A stretch of 64,000 nucleotides of DNA. Source: Flammeovirgaceae bacterium UBA2786. GTDB lineage: Bacteria; Bacteroidota; Bacteroidia; Cytophagales; Cyclobacteriaceae. Shown in pieces: positions 18,692-29,256 of this stretch (positions are counted from its first letter, which is position 1; each line of letters opens with the position of its first letter). Both the position numbers and the translations under genes were made by a program. The notes beneath the pieces were generated by a model. It did not search any database. It saw only the letters and a list, made by a program, of their open reading frames with translations, and had not been told where the DNA came from. The stretch lies in NCBI GenBank assembly GCA_002352225.1, contig DEIA01000011.1:10987-74986 (forward strand). The letters run 5' to 3'.

Positions 18692-19732
18692 ATGGTTAAA
18701 CTAAGAACTCCGGCAAACCATCAACTTGTTTTGCTGCAGTACATTTTTTTCGTTTCCATGATCTTGTATTTTGGGCGAACACTGTTCGTGCCCCTTTCAT
18801 TCGCACTGCTGATAAGCTGTATTTTATATCCGGTTTGTGCCTGGCTTGAAAAACATCGGTTTAGCCGCATGGCCGCTATTGTGTTGCCGTTAACTATACT
18901 AACCATACTTTTAGGTCTTGTGGTACTTCTTCTCTTTTATCAGCTCAGTAGTTTTATAACGGAATGGCCATTGCTGGAAGCTAAAGTATCTGCTTCGCTT
19001 GTTGCGTTAAGCGAATGGCTTGCGCAAAGTTTCAACATTCAGCACGATAAGCAGGTAGCATGGCTAAATCAGGTTTTTAATTCTTCTGGTAGTGGTATTC
19101 TGGCCTTTATCAAACAAACCATAGCCGCATCGGCTGTTGGATCGGTTCTATTTATTCTCATACCGGTTTACGCTGTTCTTATTCTTTATTATCGCCATAA
19201 GTGGATTGAAGTGCTTTACCGGGTTTTTCCTACCGCAGAACAAAATCATATTCGTGAAATAGTAAGGTTAAGTATTCAATCTTACTATAGTTTTATAAAG
19301 GGAATGATATTGGTTTACCTGATTGTTGGTGTGCTCAACAGCCTGGGGCTTTGGATACTTGGCATTCCTCACCCCTTTCTTTTTGGTTTTGTAGCCTCTA
19401 TTCTCACGTTCATTCCTTACGCGGGAATTCTGGTAGCTTCATTATTGCCGGTTTCTTATGCCTGGATTACCTATAGCTCTATTTGGTATCCGTTAGGTGT
19501 AATTGGCATTTTTGCAATTGTGCAATATCTCGAAGCTAATATTATCTTTCCTTTGGCCGTTAGCAGCCGTTTAAAAATAAATGCACTGGTAACTCTTGTG
19601 GCCATTGTAGCAGGGGGTTTATTGTGGGGTGTTTCGGGAATGATTTTATTCATCCCCTTTTTGGGAATTCTAAAACTGGTAGCCGATCGTACACCACGAC
19701 TTAAAACAATAGCTATTGTACTGGGCGATTAA
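18692..19732 (+). CDS. AI-2E family transporter (PerM-like permease)
   Basis: 346 aa, polytopic membrane protein with the IPYAG...LP / IIFPLA pattern of UPF0118. Confidence 0.75.
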   Translation: MVKLRTPANHQLVLLQYIFFVSMILYFGRTLFVPLSFALLISCILYPVCAWLEKHRFSRMAAIVLPLTILTILLGLVVLLLFYQLSSFITEWPLLEAKVSASLVALSEWLAQSFNIQHDKQVAWLNQVFNSSGSGILAFIKQTIAASAVGSVLFILIPVYAVLILYYRHKWIEVLYRVFPTAEQNHIREIVRLSIQSYYSFIKGMILVYLIVGVLNSLGLWILGIPHPFLFGFVASILTFIPYAGILVASLLPVSYAWITYSSIWYPLGVIGIFAIVQYLEANIIFPLAVSSRLKINALVTLVAIVAGGLLWGVSGMILFIPFLGILKLVADRTPRLKTIAIVLGD

Positions 19733-20214
19733 GCTTCCGGTTTTTTGATCAGTGCTACGGCCATGGCGTTCACCCCTTCTTCGCGGCCTACATAACCTAA
19801 TCTTTCATTGGTGGTAGCCTTTATCGAAACATCCTCTTCTGTAAGATTCATTAACGGGGCCAGCACCTTTTTCATAGCCGCAATGTGCGGATTTATTTTA
19901 GGCGCCTCCAGGCAAACCGTACAATCTACGTTTTCAATTTTCCAACCACGTTCTTGCAACATGCGCGTAACATCTTTCAAAAAAAATTTGCTATCCATAC
20001 CGCTCCACCGTGGGTCTTTATTGGAATAGTGGTGCCCAATATCGCCCAGGTTAGCTGCCCCTAATAACGCATCGCATATTGCGTGTATCAGCACATCGGC
20101 ATCGCTATGCCCCACAGCTCCTTTGCTTGCCGGTAATTTTATACCGCCCAGGTAGAAATCTTTGCCGGTTTCCAGTTGATGCACATCAAATCCTAATCCC
20201 ACCCTGAACTTCAT
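19729..20214 (-). CDS. ispF: 2-C-methyl-D-erythritol 2,4-cyclodiphosphate synthase
   Basis: GLGFDVHQL, GHSDADVLIHAICDALLGA and ATTNERLGYVGR motifs. Confidence 0.95.
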   Translation of the reverse strand: MKFRVGLGFDVHQLETGKDFYLGGIKLPASKGAVGHSDADVLIHAICDALLGAANLGDIGHHYSNKDPRWSGMDSKFFLKDVTRMLQERGWKIENVDCTVCLEAPKINPHIAAMKKVLAPLMNLTEEDVSIKATTNERLGYVGREEGVNAMAVALIKKPEA

Positions 20215-20285
20215 TACTACTTATTTTCTCCAAAAATAATGGTTGCCGCCTCATTATAACAGCTTATATTTAATGTTATTACAAA

Positions 20286-21962
20286 ATGAGCTACCGGGAT
20301 TTATTAGTTGGTAAAGCAGAGATTCATTCGCGTACTGATTTTAAGTATGCCATGCTGCGCAGCCAGTTTGCAGGCATTATGTGCGTGGTGTCTCTTTTCT
20401 ATATCCTGCTCGATTATGCAAATGGGGTTACTGTATTTATTGCGCTTTATGGAATTCTGGGAGGGTTCGGCATAGTTTCCTTTATTCTAAACAGAAGGCA
20501 GCATTATTTGGCGGCTACCGTAGTTCAACTGCTTACTATTAATATACTCATCTTCATTTTTGCCGATGTTGATAACCCCTATGGCGGTGTTTTCTTTTAT
20601 TTTATAACCTGTTCCCTTGCAGCCCTTATTCTACTTAACTATTACAACCACACATTAAGTATCGTTTTTGCATTATTACCCATTGTGCTGGGCTATCTTG
20701 CTTATACCATTGAAGCCAATCTGATACCCGAACCAAGTTATGAACCACACATGATCCGGGTAAACTTTGTTGCTAATTTTGTTATCGGTATACTTTCAAA
20801 TGCGTTTATGGTGTACTTTCTGATAAACCGCAACCGCGATGCTGAACAAACTCTTATTCGTACCTCAACTGATCTGAAAAGAAGTGAAGAACGATATTCT
20901 ATGGCTCTACGTGGAACTAAAGCCGGAATTTATGAGTGGCGTGTAAAAGAAGATCTAGTTATTGTAAGCGAGTACTGGAAAAATTTACTTGGTTATAGCT
21001 ATACCGAGTTGCAAAACCTAACCTCACAAACATTCTTAACTTTTGTACATGCCGATGATCTGGTTCAAACCACAAAATCCATAGCAGTACACCTGCAAGA
21101 TCATCTGCCTTATCAAAACGAGTTGCGGCTTAGAACGAAGAGTGGTACATATAAATGGTTTCAGGATAGTGGCGTATTTCAGTTAGGAACCGATGGCAGC
21201 CCACGCGTTGTGGTGGGATCAATTATCGACATTGATGAACGTAAAAAGGCAGAAGAAGAGCTTGCCTTAAAAAATATTCAGCTAGCTAAAACCAACGAAG
21301 AATTAGATCGCTTTGTATACAGCGCCAGTCATGATATGCGCGCACCTCTTAGTTCCTTACTCGGGCTAATTCATCTTTCAGAAAAAACAGATAACCCCCA
21401 GGAGGTAAGTTTGCTTTTAAATATGATGAAGGACCGGATTAAAACGATGGAGGGGTTCATTAAAGAGGTAACCGATTATTCGCGCAATACCCGGCTAGAT
21501 CTTTTGCCCACACCGGTTAACTTAAAAACGCTTGCCCTGGAAATTATACAAACACTGGCTTACCCGCTAATGAATAAGAAGGTTCGTATTGAAGTACTCA
21601 TCGACTCTACCCTTGAAATTTTGACAGACCCCAGCCGGTTAAAAGTAATTATCAACAACCTGGTATCGAATGCGTACAAATATCACCGGTTCGATCAGGC
21701 CGATCCATATATTATAATCAGCACCCTACAAAAAGGAGATCATGTATTGTTAACCATAAAAGATAACGGCACGGGCATTTCACCGGAACACCATACTCGC
21801 ATTTTTGATATGTTCTATCGTGCGTCCGAATCCAGCGAAGGCTCCGGGCTGGGCCTGTACATTGTTAAAGAAACCCTCGATAAACTTAAAGGAAACATTA
21901 GCGTGCAATCTTCAGCCGGCAATGGAGCCGAATTTACGGTAACACTTCCGTTAAGTCTGTAA
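20286..21962 (+). CDS. PAS-domain membrane sensor histidine kinase (paralog of 16599-17936)
   Basis: Similar N-terminal membrane module, an inserted PAS domain (RYSMALRGTKAGIYEW...), and the same H-box FVYSASHDMRAPLSSLLGLI with N- and G-boxes. Confidence 0.85.
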   Translation: MSYRDLLVGKAEIHSRTDFKYAMLRSQFAGIMCVVSLFYILLDYANGVTVFIALYGILGGFGIVSFILNRRQHYLAATVVQLLTINILIFIFADVDNPYGGVFFYFITCSLAALILLNYYNHTLSIVFALLPIVLGYLAYTIEANLIPEPSYEPHMIRVNFVANFVIGILSNAFMVYFLINRNRDAEQTLIRTSTDLKRSEERYSMALRGTKAGIYEWRVKEDLVIVSEYWKNLLGYSYTELQNLTSQTFLTFVHADDLVQTTKSIAVHLQDHLPYQNELRLRTKSGTYKWFQDSGVFQLGTDGSPRVVVGSIIDIDERKKAEEELALKNIQLAKTNEELDRFVYSASHDMRAPLSSLLGLIHLSEKTDNPQEVSLLLNMMKDRIKTMEGFIKEVTDYSRNTRLDLLPTPVNLKTLALEIIQTLAYPLMNKKVRIEVLIDSTLEILTDPSRLKVIINNLVSNAYKYHRFDQADPYIIISTLQKGDHVLLTIKDNGTGISPEHHTRIFDMFYRASESSEGSGLGLYIVKETLDKLKGNISVQSSAGNGAEFTVTLPLSL

Positions 21963-23222
21963 CTATGAGCCTTCGGCACAATAATAAAGTACACTTGAGT
22001 TCTCTTGTCTCAAAATTTCAGTTGCCGATTTTCTAATATCATCCTGTGTAACACGTGCTATTTTTTCGCTTTCGCGATTAACCGATTCTACATCGCCCGA
22101 GAGAGCCGCAAAGGCCAGGTTCATAGCACGGTTCATTACTTCTACTTTTTCAAACTCAATTGTGGTAAGCGCCTGATTTTTGGTTTTTGTCAATTCTTCT
22201 TCCGTTACTCCATGAGTAATCAGTTCGTCCAGTAAAGCATCTACAGCAGCCTCGGCTTGTTCAATTTCAATGCCTGGTTTTATTCTCCCATTTATAACAA
22301 TTAGCCCCGGGTCTATTGTGCCCATGGTAAAAGAAGAAACAGACGTAAACAACTCGCGCTGTTTTACCAATTGATTATATAACCGGCTGGAGTGTCCGCG
22401 GCCTAATACATCGCTTAATAAGTCTGCCGCATAAAAATTGTTATTAAACCTACCCGGCATATGATATGCCTTATACAACGCATGCGAGGGAACCTTTGCT
22501 GTTACCTTTTGTTGTCTTTTCTGCAATTGTTTTGATTCCACTGCAAGATTACGCGCAGGCTTTTTACCTGCCGGTATTGGTGCAAACCATTTTTCGGCCA
22601 GGGCTTTAACCTGCTCCACTGTTACATTTCCGGCCACTACCAGAATAGCGTTGCTAGGCACATAATGTGTAAAAAAAAATTCTTTTACATCCTGCATGGT
22701 GGCGTTTTCTATATGGCTTATCTCTTTGCCAATTGTTGCCCACTTATAAGGATGTTGTGTATATGCTAACGGACGAAGTTTTAACCATACATCACCGTAA
22801 GGTTGGTTGAGGTACCGTTGTTTAAATTCTTCTATTACCACTTTGCGTTGTACTTCCAGCACTTGCGGATCAAACGATAAACTCAACATCCTATCGCTCT
22901 CCAGCCAAAAACCAGTCTCCAGGTTATTCGCTGGCACTGTAAGGTAGTAATTGGTAATGTCGGTATTGGTAAAGGCGTTGTTTTCTCCTCCTACAATTTG
23001 CAGCGGTTCATCGTACGATGGAATATTGGCCGACCCTCCGAACATCAGGTGTTCAAATAAGTGTGCAAACCCCGTTTTATCAGGGTGTTCATCGCGCGAA
23101 CCCACATCATACAAAATATTCATTACCGCAACCTGCACGGTGCGGTCTTCATGCACAATTACGCGCAACCCATTATCAAGTGTAAACGAAGTATAGGGAA
23201 TCATTATCTGAATTTTGCGCAA
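21963..23222 (-). CDS. M16-family zinc peptidase (pitrilysin/insulinase-like)
   Basis: Inverted zinc motif HLFEHLMF (HxxEH) near the N-terminus. 419 aa. Confidence 0.85.
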   Translation of the reverse strand: MRKIQIMIPYTSFTLDNGLRVIVHEDRTVQVAVMNILYDVGSRDEHPDKTGFAHLFEHLMFGGSANIPSYDEPLQIVGGENNAFTNTDITNYYLTVPANNLETGFWLESDRMLSLSFDPQVLEVQRKVVIEEFKQRYLNQPYGDVWLKLRPLAYTQHPYKWATIGKEISHIENATMQDVKEFFFTHYVPSNAILVVAGNVTVEQVKALAEKWFAPIPAGKKPARNLAVESKQLQKRQQKVTAKVPSHALYKAYHMPGRFNNNFYAADLLSDVLGRGHSSRLYNQLVKQRELFTSVSSFTMGTIDPGLIVINGRIKPGIEIEQAEAAVDALLDELITHGVTEEELTKTKNQALTTIEFEKVEVMNRAMNLAFAALSGDVESVNRESEKIARVTQDDIRKSATEILRQENSSVLYYCAEGS

Positions 23223-23275
23223 GATAGTTTGGTAGACTGTTTTTTCTATATTTTAGCGCACACATCGCTACCCCT

Positions 23276-24487
23276 ATGTCGGTTGAACTTATTCTGATTG
23301 TATTAAGCGCGCTGGTAATTTTCAGTTACTTGTTCGATCTGATCGCAAAACAGTTCAAAATCCCATCGGTAATCCTATTGTTATTAAGTGGTATTGGGCT
23401 TCGGTACCTGGCTGGCTGGCTGGAAATACCCATACCCAACTTTGAGCCCATTTTACCGCTGGTGGGTACCATCGGGTTAATACTGATCGTTTTGGAAGGG
23501 GCACTCGAACTAAAACTAGAACAAGAGAAAGCAACTATCATCAAAAGCTCACTCGGTTCTGCTTTCTTTATTTTGATTCTTACCTCCACGGGGCTTGCGC
23601 TTTTTTATCATTACTGGACAGGTGCCGATTTTAAAACCTCTTTTCTGAATGCCGTGCCCCTTGGTGTTATCAGTTCGTCTATTGCCATACCCTCGGCTGC
23701 TACCTTGCCCGTGGCACGTAAAGATTTTATCGTGTACGAATCTTCCATGTCCGATATTTTCGGAATTATACTATTTAACTTTTTGCTGGCCAACGAAACA
23801 ATTGGAGTAAACTCGTTTTTACGTCTTGGCTGGCAAACCATTCTTATCCTCCTTATATCAGTAGCATTTTGTTTAATGCTGCTCTATCTGCTCAAGCGGA
23901 TTACCCATCACCTTAAGTTTTTTCTGATTATTGCGGTGTTAATTCTGGTGTATGCCATAGGGAAACATTATCACCTGCCTACCCTGGTAATCGTGTTGGC
24001 TTTTGGGTTATTCCTTAACAATCTGCATTGGATCAGATTTGCATGGTTTAAAGCTGTGTTTAAATATGATAACTTTTATAAAGACTTCAATCAACTAAAT
24101 CAGCTAAGCGGTGAGAGTGCTTTTATTGTGCGTACTTTCTTCTTTTTGATTTTTGGGTTTACGTTAGATGTGTCTTCGCTTTTCAATCTTTCGGTTTTAA
24201 CAAATGGAGGAATAATCGTAACAATCATTTACGTTGTTAGAATTGTCTATCAGAAATTCTTTGTACCCCAGGCAGGAGTTGCTGAGTATTTCCTGTCTCC
24301 AAGAGGACTTATCAGTATATTACTTTTCTTTAGCATCCCCGAAAGTCAAAAGTTACCGGCCATCGAAAACAGTCTGTTGTTTTTTGTTATTCTGGCCACC
24401 AGTTTAATTATGACGTTCGGCCTTGTTTCAGTTCGTAAAGAACAAAACTCGCAGCCAGTTAATACTCCCCAATCTGATGTCTCATGA
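23276..24487 (+). CDS. cation:proton antiporter (Na+/H+ exchanger family)
   Basis: 403 aa, about 11-12 TM helices, typical CPA-type topology. Confidence 0.7.
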   Translation: MSVELILIVLSALVIFSYLFDLIAKQFKIPSVILLLLSGIGLRYLAGWLEIPIPNFEPILPLVGTIGLILIVLEGALELKLEQEKATIIKSSLGSAFFILILTSTGLALFYHYWTGADFKTSFLNAVPLGVISSSIAIPSAATLPVARKDFIVYESSMSDIFGIILFNFLLANETIGVNSFLRLGWQTILILLISVAFCLMLLYLLKRITHHLKFFLIIAVLILVYAIGKHYHLPTLVIVLAFGLFLNNLHWIRFAWFKAVFKYDNFYKDFNQLNQLSGESAFIVRTFFFLIFGFTLDVSSLFNLSVLTNGGIIVTIIYVVRIVYQKFFVPQAGVAEYFLSPRGLISILLFFSIPESQKLPAIENSLLFFVILATSLIMTFGLVSVRKEQNSQPVNTPQSDVS

Positions 24488-26463
24488 AATTTCAACGCAA
24501 AAAACTTTCAGACACCACCCTGCTTCAACTTTATGAAGCCCTGCTTTTTCCAAGACTTATTGAAGAAAAAATGCTGGTGCTGCTGCGGCAGAACAAAATC
24601 AGCAAATGGTTTAGTGGAATTGGCCAGGAGGCCATCTCGGTGGGCATTACTCAGGCACTAAATAAAGACGAATACATTTTACCCATGCATCGTAACCTGG
24701 GTGTGTTTACCGGGCGTACTATTCCTTTTGCAAAACTATTTGCACAATGGCAGGGTACCGCCTCCGGGTTTACCAAGGGCCGCGACCGGTCTTTTCATTT
24801 TGGTAGTAACGAACATCATATTGTAGGAATGATTTCACACCTGGGCCCACAAAATGGTGTGGCCGATGGTGTTGCTCTTGCTTCTGTCTTAAATAAAGAA
24901 AAAAAAGTTACCGTTGTCTTTAATGGTGATGGCGGAACCAGCCAGGGCGATTTTCATGAAGCGGTAAACGTAGCAGCTGTATGGAATCTGCCTGTAATTT
25001 TTGTAATTGAAAATAACGGCTACGGACTTTCTACACCCAGCAGCGAACAGTTTAAGTGTAAACAGTTTATTGATAAAGCTATTGGATATGGCATTGAAGG
25101 CGTTCAGGTAGATGGCAATAATGTTCTGGAAGTTTATACTACAGTACAACAGCTTGCCGAAAAAATGCGCGATAAACCACAACCCATTTTGCTGGAGTGT
25201 ATCACATTTAGAATGCGCGGCCATGAAGAAGCATCGGGCACCAAATACGTACCTAAAAAGCTAATGGACGAGTGGGCAAAGAAAGATCCGCTTACCAACT
25301 ACGAAGACTTTTTGCTGAATGAAAAACTACTCGATCAAAAACAGATCGACAGCATTCGAAAAAAGTTAAAAAAAGAAATTGAAACCGGGCTTGCCGAAGC
25401 CTTTCAGGAAACCTTGCCCATACCTGATACCGAATTGGAGTTGAATGATGCGTATGCTCCATTTAATCAAACTGCAATCGCCCCCTCTTCGTCCGCAGAA
25501 TCTGAAAAAAGATTTATCGATGCCATTAGCGATGGGTTACGCCAAAGCATGGAGCGTTACAATAACCTCGTACTGATGGGGCAAGACATTGCCGATTACG
25601 GTGGCGTATTTAAAATAACCGAAGGCTTTGTAGAAAAATTTGGAAAAGACCGGGTACGCAATACCCCCCTGTGCGAGTCGGCTATTATTGGAACAGGACT
25701 TGGGCTATCTATTAAAGGTATGAAAGCCATGGTAGAGATGCAGTTTGCCGATTTTGTTACCGAAGGCTTTAACCAGATTGTAAACAACCTTGCAAAAGCT
25801 CATTGGCGTTGGGGGCAATCTGCGGATGTGGTGGTGCGCATGCCAACCGGTGCGGGTACTGCAGCCGGCCCCTTTCACTCACAAAGCAACGAAGCGTGGT
25901 TCTTTCACACTCCGGGTTTAAAGATTGTTTATCCTTCTAATCCATATGATGCAAAAGGATTGCTGTGCGCAGCGCTTGAAGACCCTAATCCCTATTTATA
26001 CTTCGAGCATAAACTGTTATACCGTTCTATCAAAGACACCATTCCCGATGATTATTACACGGTTGAAATTGGCAAAGCTAATTTAGTTCGTGAAGGAATT
26101 GATCTTTCCATCATCACCTATGGTATGGGTGTGCATTGGGCTACTGAAATTTTAGACACGCTGCCCAATGTAAAAGCCGATGTGCTCGACTTACGCACGT
26201 TACTTCCGTGGGATAAAGAAGCTGTATTGAAAACTGTAAAGAAAACACACCGTGTTTTGGTATTACACGAGGATACCCTAACCGGAGGCATTGGTGCTGA
26301 AATAGCGGCATGGATAAGTGAACATGCTTTTCAATACCTCGATGCACCGGTTATACGCGAGGCAAGTTTAGATACAGCCATACCATTTGCCTCAACCCTT
26401 GAACAGAATTTTCTGCCAAAGGGCAGACTAAAAAACAGAGTTGAATCGCTCTTGAAATTTTAA
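24484..26463 (+). CDS. fused alpha/beta E1 component of a 2-oxoacid dehydrogenase (TPP-dependent)
   Basis: The N-terminal half has the TPP-binding GDGGTSQGDFHE...ENNGYG motif. The C-terminal half is the transketolase-like beta subunit (FNTPLCESAIIG, MQFADF). Confidence 0.85.
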   Translation: MKFQRKKLSDTTLLQLYEALLFPRLIEEKMLVLLRQNKISKWFSGIGQEAISVGITQALNKDEYILPMHRNLGVFTGRTIPFAKLFAQWQGTASGFTKGRDRSFHFGSNEHHIVGMISHLGPQNGVADGVALASVLNKEKKVTVVFNGDGGTSQGDFHEAVNVAAVWNLPVIFVIENNGYGLSTPSSEQFKCKQFIDKAIGYGIEGVQVDGNNVLEVYTTVQQLAEKMRDKPQPILLECITFRMRGHEEASGTKYVPKKLMDEWAKKDPLTNYEDFLLNEKLLDQKQIDSIRKKLKKEIETGLAEAFQETLPIPDTELELNDAYAPFNQTAIAPSSSAESEKRFIDAISDGLRQSMERYNNLVLMGQDIADYGGVFKITEGFVEKFGKDRVRNTPLCESAIIGTGLGLSIKGMKAMVEMQFADFVTEGFNQIVNNLAKAHWRWGQSADVVVRMPTGAGTAAGPFHSQSNEAWFFHTPGLKIVYPSNPYDAKGLLCAALEDPNPYLYFEHKLLYRSIKDTIPDDYYTVEIGKANLVREGIDLSIITYGMGVHWATEILDTLPNVKADVLDLRTLLPWDKEAVLKTVKKTHRVLVLHEDTLTGGIGAEIAAWISEHAFQYLDAPVIREASLDTAIPFASTLEQNFLPKGRLKNRVESLLKF

Positions 26464-26559
26464 CATATCTGCAGCGTTCTAAATCATGAAAGGGCATAAC
26501 CTCTTTTTCATTATCTTAGCCTGTTTATTACCCAGATTTTGAAGGTTGCATCCAGTTTT

Positions 26560-29256
26560 ATGCTCAAGCCCATGCGGGGGTTAATCCTTACGGGATTAAT
26601 TATGATGCTCTGCCTTATAGCGGAAGAGACTTTAGCGCAGGATAAGCGACCCATCAACAATAAATCAACCATCCGGCAAACGCGGGCCAAGTCGGTTAAA
26701 CATAACGAGAAAGCGACAACCAAAGATATTGCGGGCCGTAAACTTCGTACGCTTAACCAATCATCCGCGCAGCGCGCAATACACTCAGCTAAGTCGCCCT
26801 ACAAAGCAAAAAGACGTTCGGGCGATCAGGCCGGCCAGCCAATTGGTGGTAAACCAGTGGGTATTCGGTCGCGTGCCATCAATGCCGGACGGGCTAATAT
26901 TTACCCGCAAAAAGGTCCGTTTGTAAATCACTCTTCCCGGTCAGAACCCCGGGCATATAATAATAGACAAGAGCTTTCGCGATTATCGCGATTACAAACC
27001 CGGCATGATCCGCCCGGCCGCAAGAAAAGAATAACTCCACGGTCCGGTTCACAAGCCTTTGTAACCCGTGGACGCAAGAATGTGTATTGGGGTAAGTACT
27101 CGAAAGGCGAACGTGCCATTACTACCGATCTTGCCGGAAGACCACTACGCACAAAAAATTTCCGATCTCCGGCCAATGCCCTTATCAAAGCCGATAATCC
27201 TTATTATGGACGTAAAGACAGGGGCGATCGTGCTTATAAAGGTTCATTCCGTTCAGGTTATGCCACCGCCTCCAGGCGAGGTGAGCGGGCATGGAAAGGA
27301 GACATATCCGGGCATGCTATCCGCAGAAGTGCCGGCCGCGATAACCAGGTAGCAGGGCAGCGTGGCGATAGCCCCAAAGTTTCGCCTGGCTTTAGTGCCC
27401 GTATGATACGAAAAGATCTTTCGCGCATAAGCGGAACAAAAAGAAAACAAGGAGGTGGTTCCGTTACCGGATTATTCCGCTCTAACAAACCTTTACCTCC
27501 CCGCCAGCCCGGTATGGGCGGTACGTTTATGAAACAAGACTTTGGCAAACTGCGAGGGGTTAAACCAGAAAAAGGAGGTGGAAGTGTTTCCGGAAAATAC
27601 AAATCGAATCAACCCTTAACTCCGCGACAGCCCGGCATGGGAGCTAACTTTATGAAACGAGATTTTGCCCGGTTAAAAGGTATCAAACCAGAAAAAGGTG
27701 GCGGTTCTGTAACCGGCAAATACCGATCAAACCAACCCCTTATGGCAAAAGCCCCCGGAGCAAGCGCAAACTTTATGCGTAAAGATCTGGGCAAACTTCG
27801 GGGTATAAAACCTATTAAAGGAGGGGGAAGTATTTCAGCGCAAATGCATAAAGGGCGTAATGCACCCATAGCTGTTAGAACTCCCGGCAATCCACGTGCA
27901 GCCAGCATGCAGGCCAATTACCGGGGTGCGATACGAAGGGATGAACGAGGGTTTAGCAATGCCGGATTAAGTTATACCGGAAACATACGAGCTGCCCGCC
28001 CTCCCAAAGGCGGGGGTAGCATAAGTGGGTTTCAACGAAACAATAACAATATGCCTTTGGCTGTTAGACAACCTCTGAATGAGCGCGCGGCACGCTTCCA
28101 GGGAAATTACAAAGGCTTTATAAGACAAGATCGCGCCTCCCGTAGTTTCAGTCAGGAAGGATTGAGTTATACCGGCAACATAAAAGGTGGCCCCAAACAA
28201 CTAAGCCAGTTAGGGTATGGCTACAGCGGAGATATTCCCATGCGTAAAAAATCTTTTAGCAGAGAAGGGTATGATTGGGCGGGCTCTGCAAAAGCAAGCA
28301 AACCATTAAAAGGTGGTGGTAGTATTAGCGGACAACTGTGGAATAACAAAGAACAGCCCTTGCCCGCCCGGTATGCCGCCAGCAAAGCCGCAAAGTTTCA
28401 GGGTAATTTACCTTTTGCACGCCAGTCTTTTAGTCGCGAAGGGTATGATTGGGCAGGTTATAACCGCACACGCAAACCCGAAAAAGGAGGAGGAAGCATT
28501 AGCGGGCAGTTATGGAATAACAAAGAACAACCCTTGCCTGCACGCATACCAACTGGTAAACAAGCCAGCGAAATAGCCTACTCTGGCCGAATAAGATTAC
28601 CGCGCTTTAAGCGCGAGTATGTTCGTAATCCTAATGCAGTAGAAGAGGCCTTAAAAAAACATAGTCCTTATGAAAATGTGTACATGGTAAACAACATTAC
28701 CGCCCGGGTTAAGCAAAAAGAAACAGACAAAAATAAACTCTCTGCAAAAGGGGCATTGCCCGGCACACCCCCCACACGGTCAACCGTTAAGGCAGGTGAA
28801 TACTCCGGAACCATGAAACGCTATTGGGAGTATAAAAACAACCCGAGCAGTGTTAATGCCTCACTTAACACAATTAAATACTCTAAATCCTTTGCCGATG
28901 CTACTGTGTACGCAGGCAAAGTACGGCTAACCAAAAATTACCGTCATGCCCCCAATGCAAACAAAGAAGCCTTGAAAGTTCTGGCCCCGGGAAGAGCCTA
29001 TGCCCGCATTGACGATTATCAGGGCAATATCCGCATGAATAAGTTCAACCATAAAAAACATTTTCCCGATGCCACCTTTGCGCACAACAAAGACAATAAT
29101 GTGAAGAGTGAAAGAACCATTTTAACAAACATTAAGTTATTGTGGACAGGATTATTTAAACGCCAGAACACACAACCCGATGCCGTTAAGGACAAGGTTC
29201 GTAAACCGCGCTACGATAAGAAAGAAAAAGACCTGTGGAAAGATCTATACGACTAA
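26560..29256 (+). CDS. secreted, highly basic, low-complexity repeat protein (unknown family)
   Basis: The long ORF opens at a TTG at 26539, with ATG candidates at 26560 and 26572. Signal peptide MRGLILTGLIMMLCLIAEETLAQ. The mature part has no Cys, Arg and Lys greatly exceed Asp and Glu, and there are seven K-G-G-G-S-[VI]-[ST] units and recurrent Y-x-G-x-[IVM]-[RK] motifs. Confidence 0.7.
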   Translation: MLKPMRGLILTGLIMMLCLIAEETLAQDKRPINNKSTIRQTRAKSVKHNEKATTKDIAGRKLRTLNQSSAQRAIHSAKSPYKAKRRSGDQAGQPIGGKPVGIRSRAINAGRANIYPQKGPFVNHSSRSEPRAYNNRQELSRLSRLQTRHDPPGRKKRITPRSGSQAFVTRGRKNVYWGKYSKGERAITTDLAGRPLRTKNFRSPANALIKADNPYYGRKDRGDRAYKGSFRSGYATASRRGERAWKGDISGHAIRRSAGRDNQVAGQRGDSPKVSPGFSARMIRKDLSRISGTKRKQGGGSVTGLFRSNKPLPPRQPGMGGTFMKQDFGKLRGVKPEKGGGSVSGKYKSNQPLTPRQPGMGANFMKRDFARLKGIKPEKGGGSVTGKYRSNQPLMAKAPGASANFMRKDLGKLRGIKPIKGGGSISAQMHKGRNAPIAVRTPGNPRAASMQANYRGAIRRDERGFSNAGLSYTGNIRAARPPKGGGSISGFQRNNNNMPLAVRQPLNERAARFQGNYKGFIRQDRASRSFSQEGLSYTGNIKGGPKQLSQLGYGYSGDIPMRKKSFSREGYDWAGSAKASKPLKGGGSISGQLWNNKEQPLPARYAASKAAKFQGNLPFARQSFSREGYDWAGYNRTRKPEKGGGSISGQLWNNKEQPLPARIPTGKQASEIAYSGRIRLPRFKREYVRNPNAVEEALKKHSPYENVYMVNNITARVKQKETDKNKLSAKGALPGTPPTRSTVKAGEYSGTMKRYWEYKNNPSSVNASLNTIKYSKSFADATVYAGKVRLTKNYRHAPNANKEALKVLAPGRAYARIDDYQGNIRMNKFNHKKHFPDATFAHNKDNNVKSERTILTNIKLLWTGLFKRQNTQPDAVKDKVRKPRYDKKEKDLWKDLYD
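27451..28560 (+). repeat. intragenic coding repeat array (GGGS units)
   Basis: GGGS codon blocks lie at 27451, 27574, 27697, 27820 and three later sites, the last at 28486. The first three units have an exact 123-nt (41-aa) period, and later units are expanded to 63, 101 and 58 aa. Confidence 0.85.

Noticed and set aside
27451-27819. A 123-nt periodic repeat that might be mistaken for a CRISPR-like or satellite array.
   Set aside because: The period is a multiple of three, lies inside one continuous reading frame, and is conserved at the protein level (41-aa units) with synonymous divergence. There is no repeat/spacer alternation and no cas genes.
26928-28200. Several long antisense ORFs (26928-27188, 27258-27602, 27609-27917, 27967-28200) opposite the basic repeat protein gene.
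   Set aside because: They tile the antisense strand of a Gly/Pro/Arg-rich repeat gene, whose codon composition suppresses antisense stops. They are broken into pieces, lack starts with sensible context, and the sense frame is a single uninterrupted 900-codon ORF with a signal peptide.
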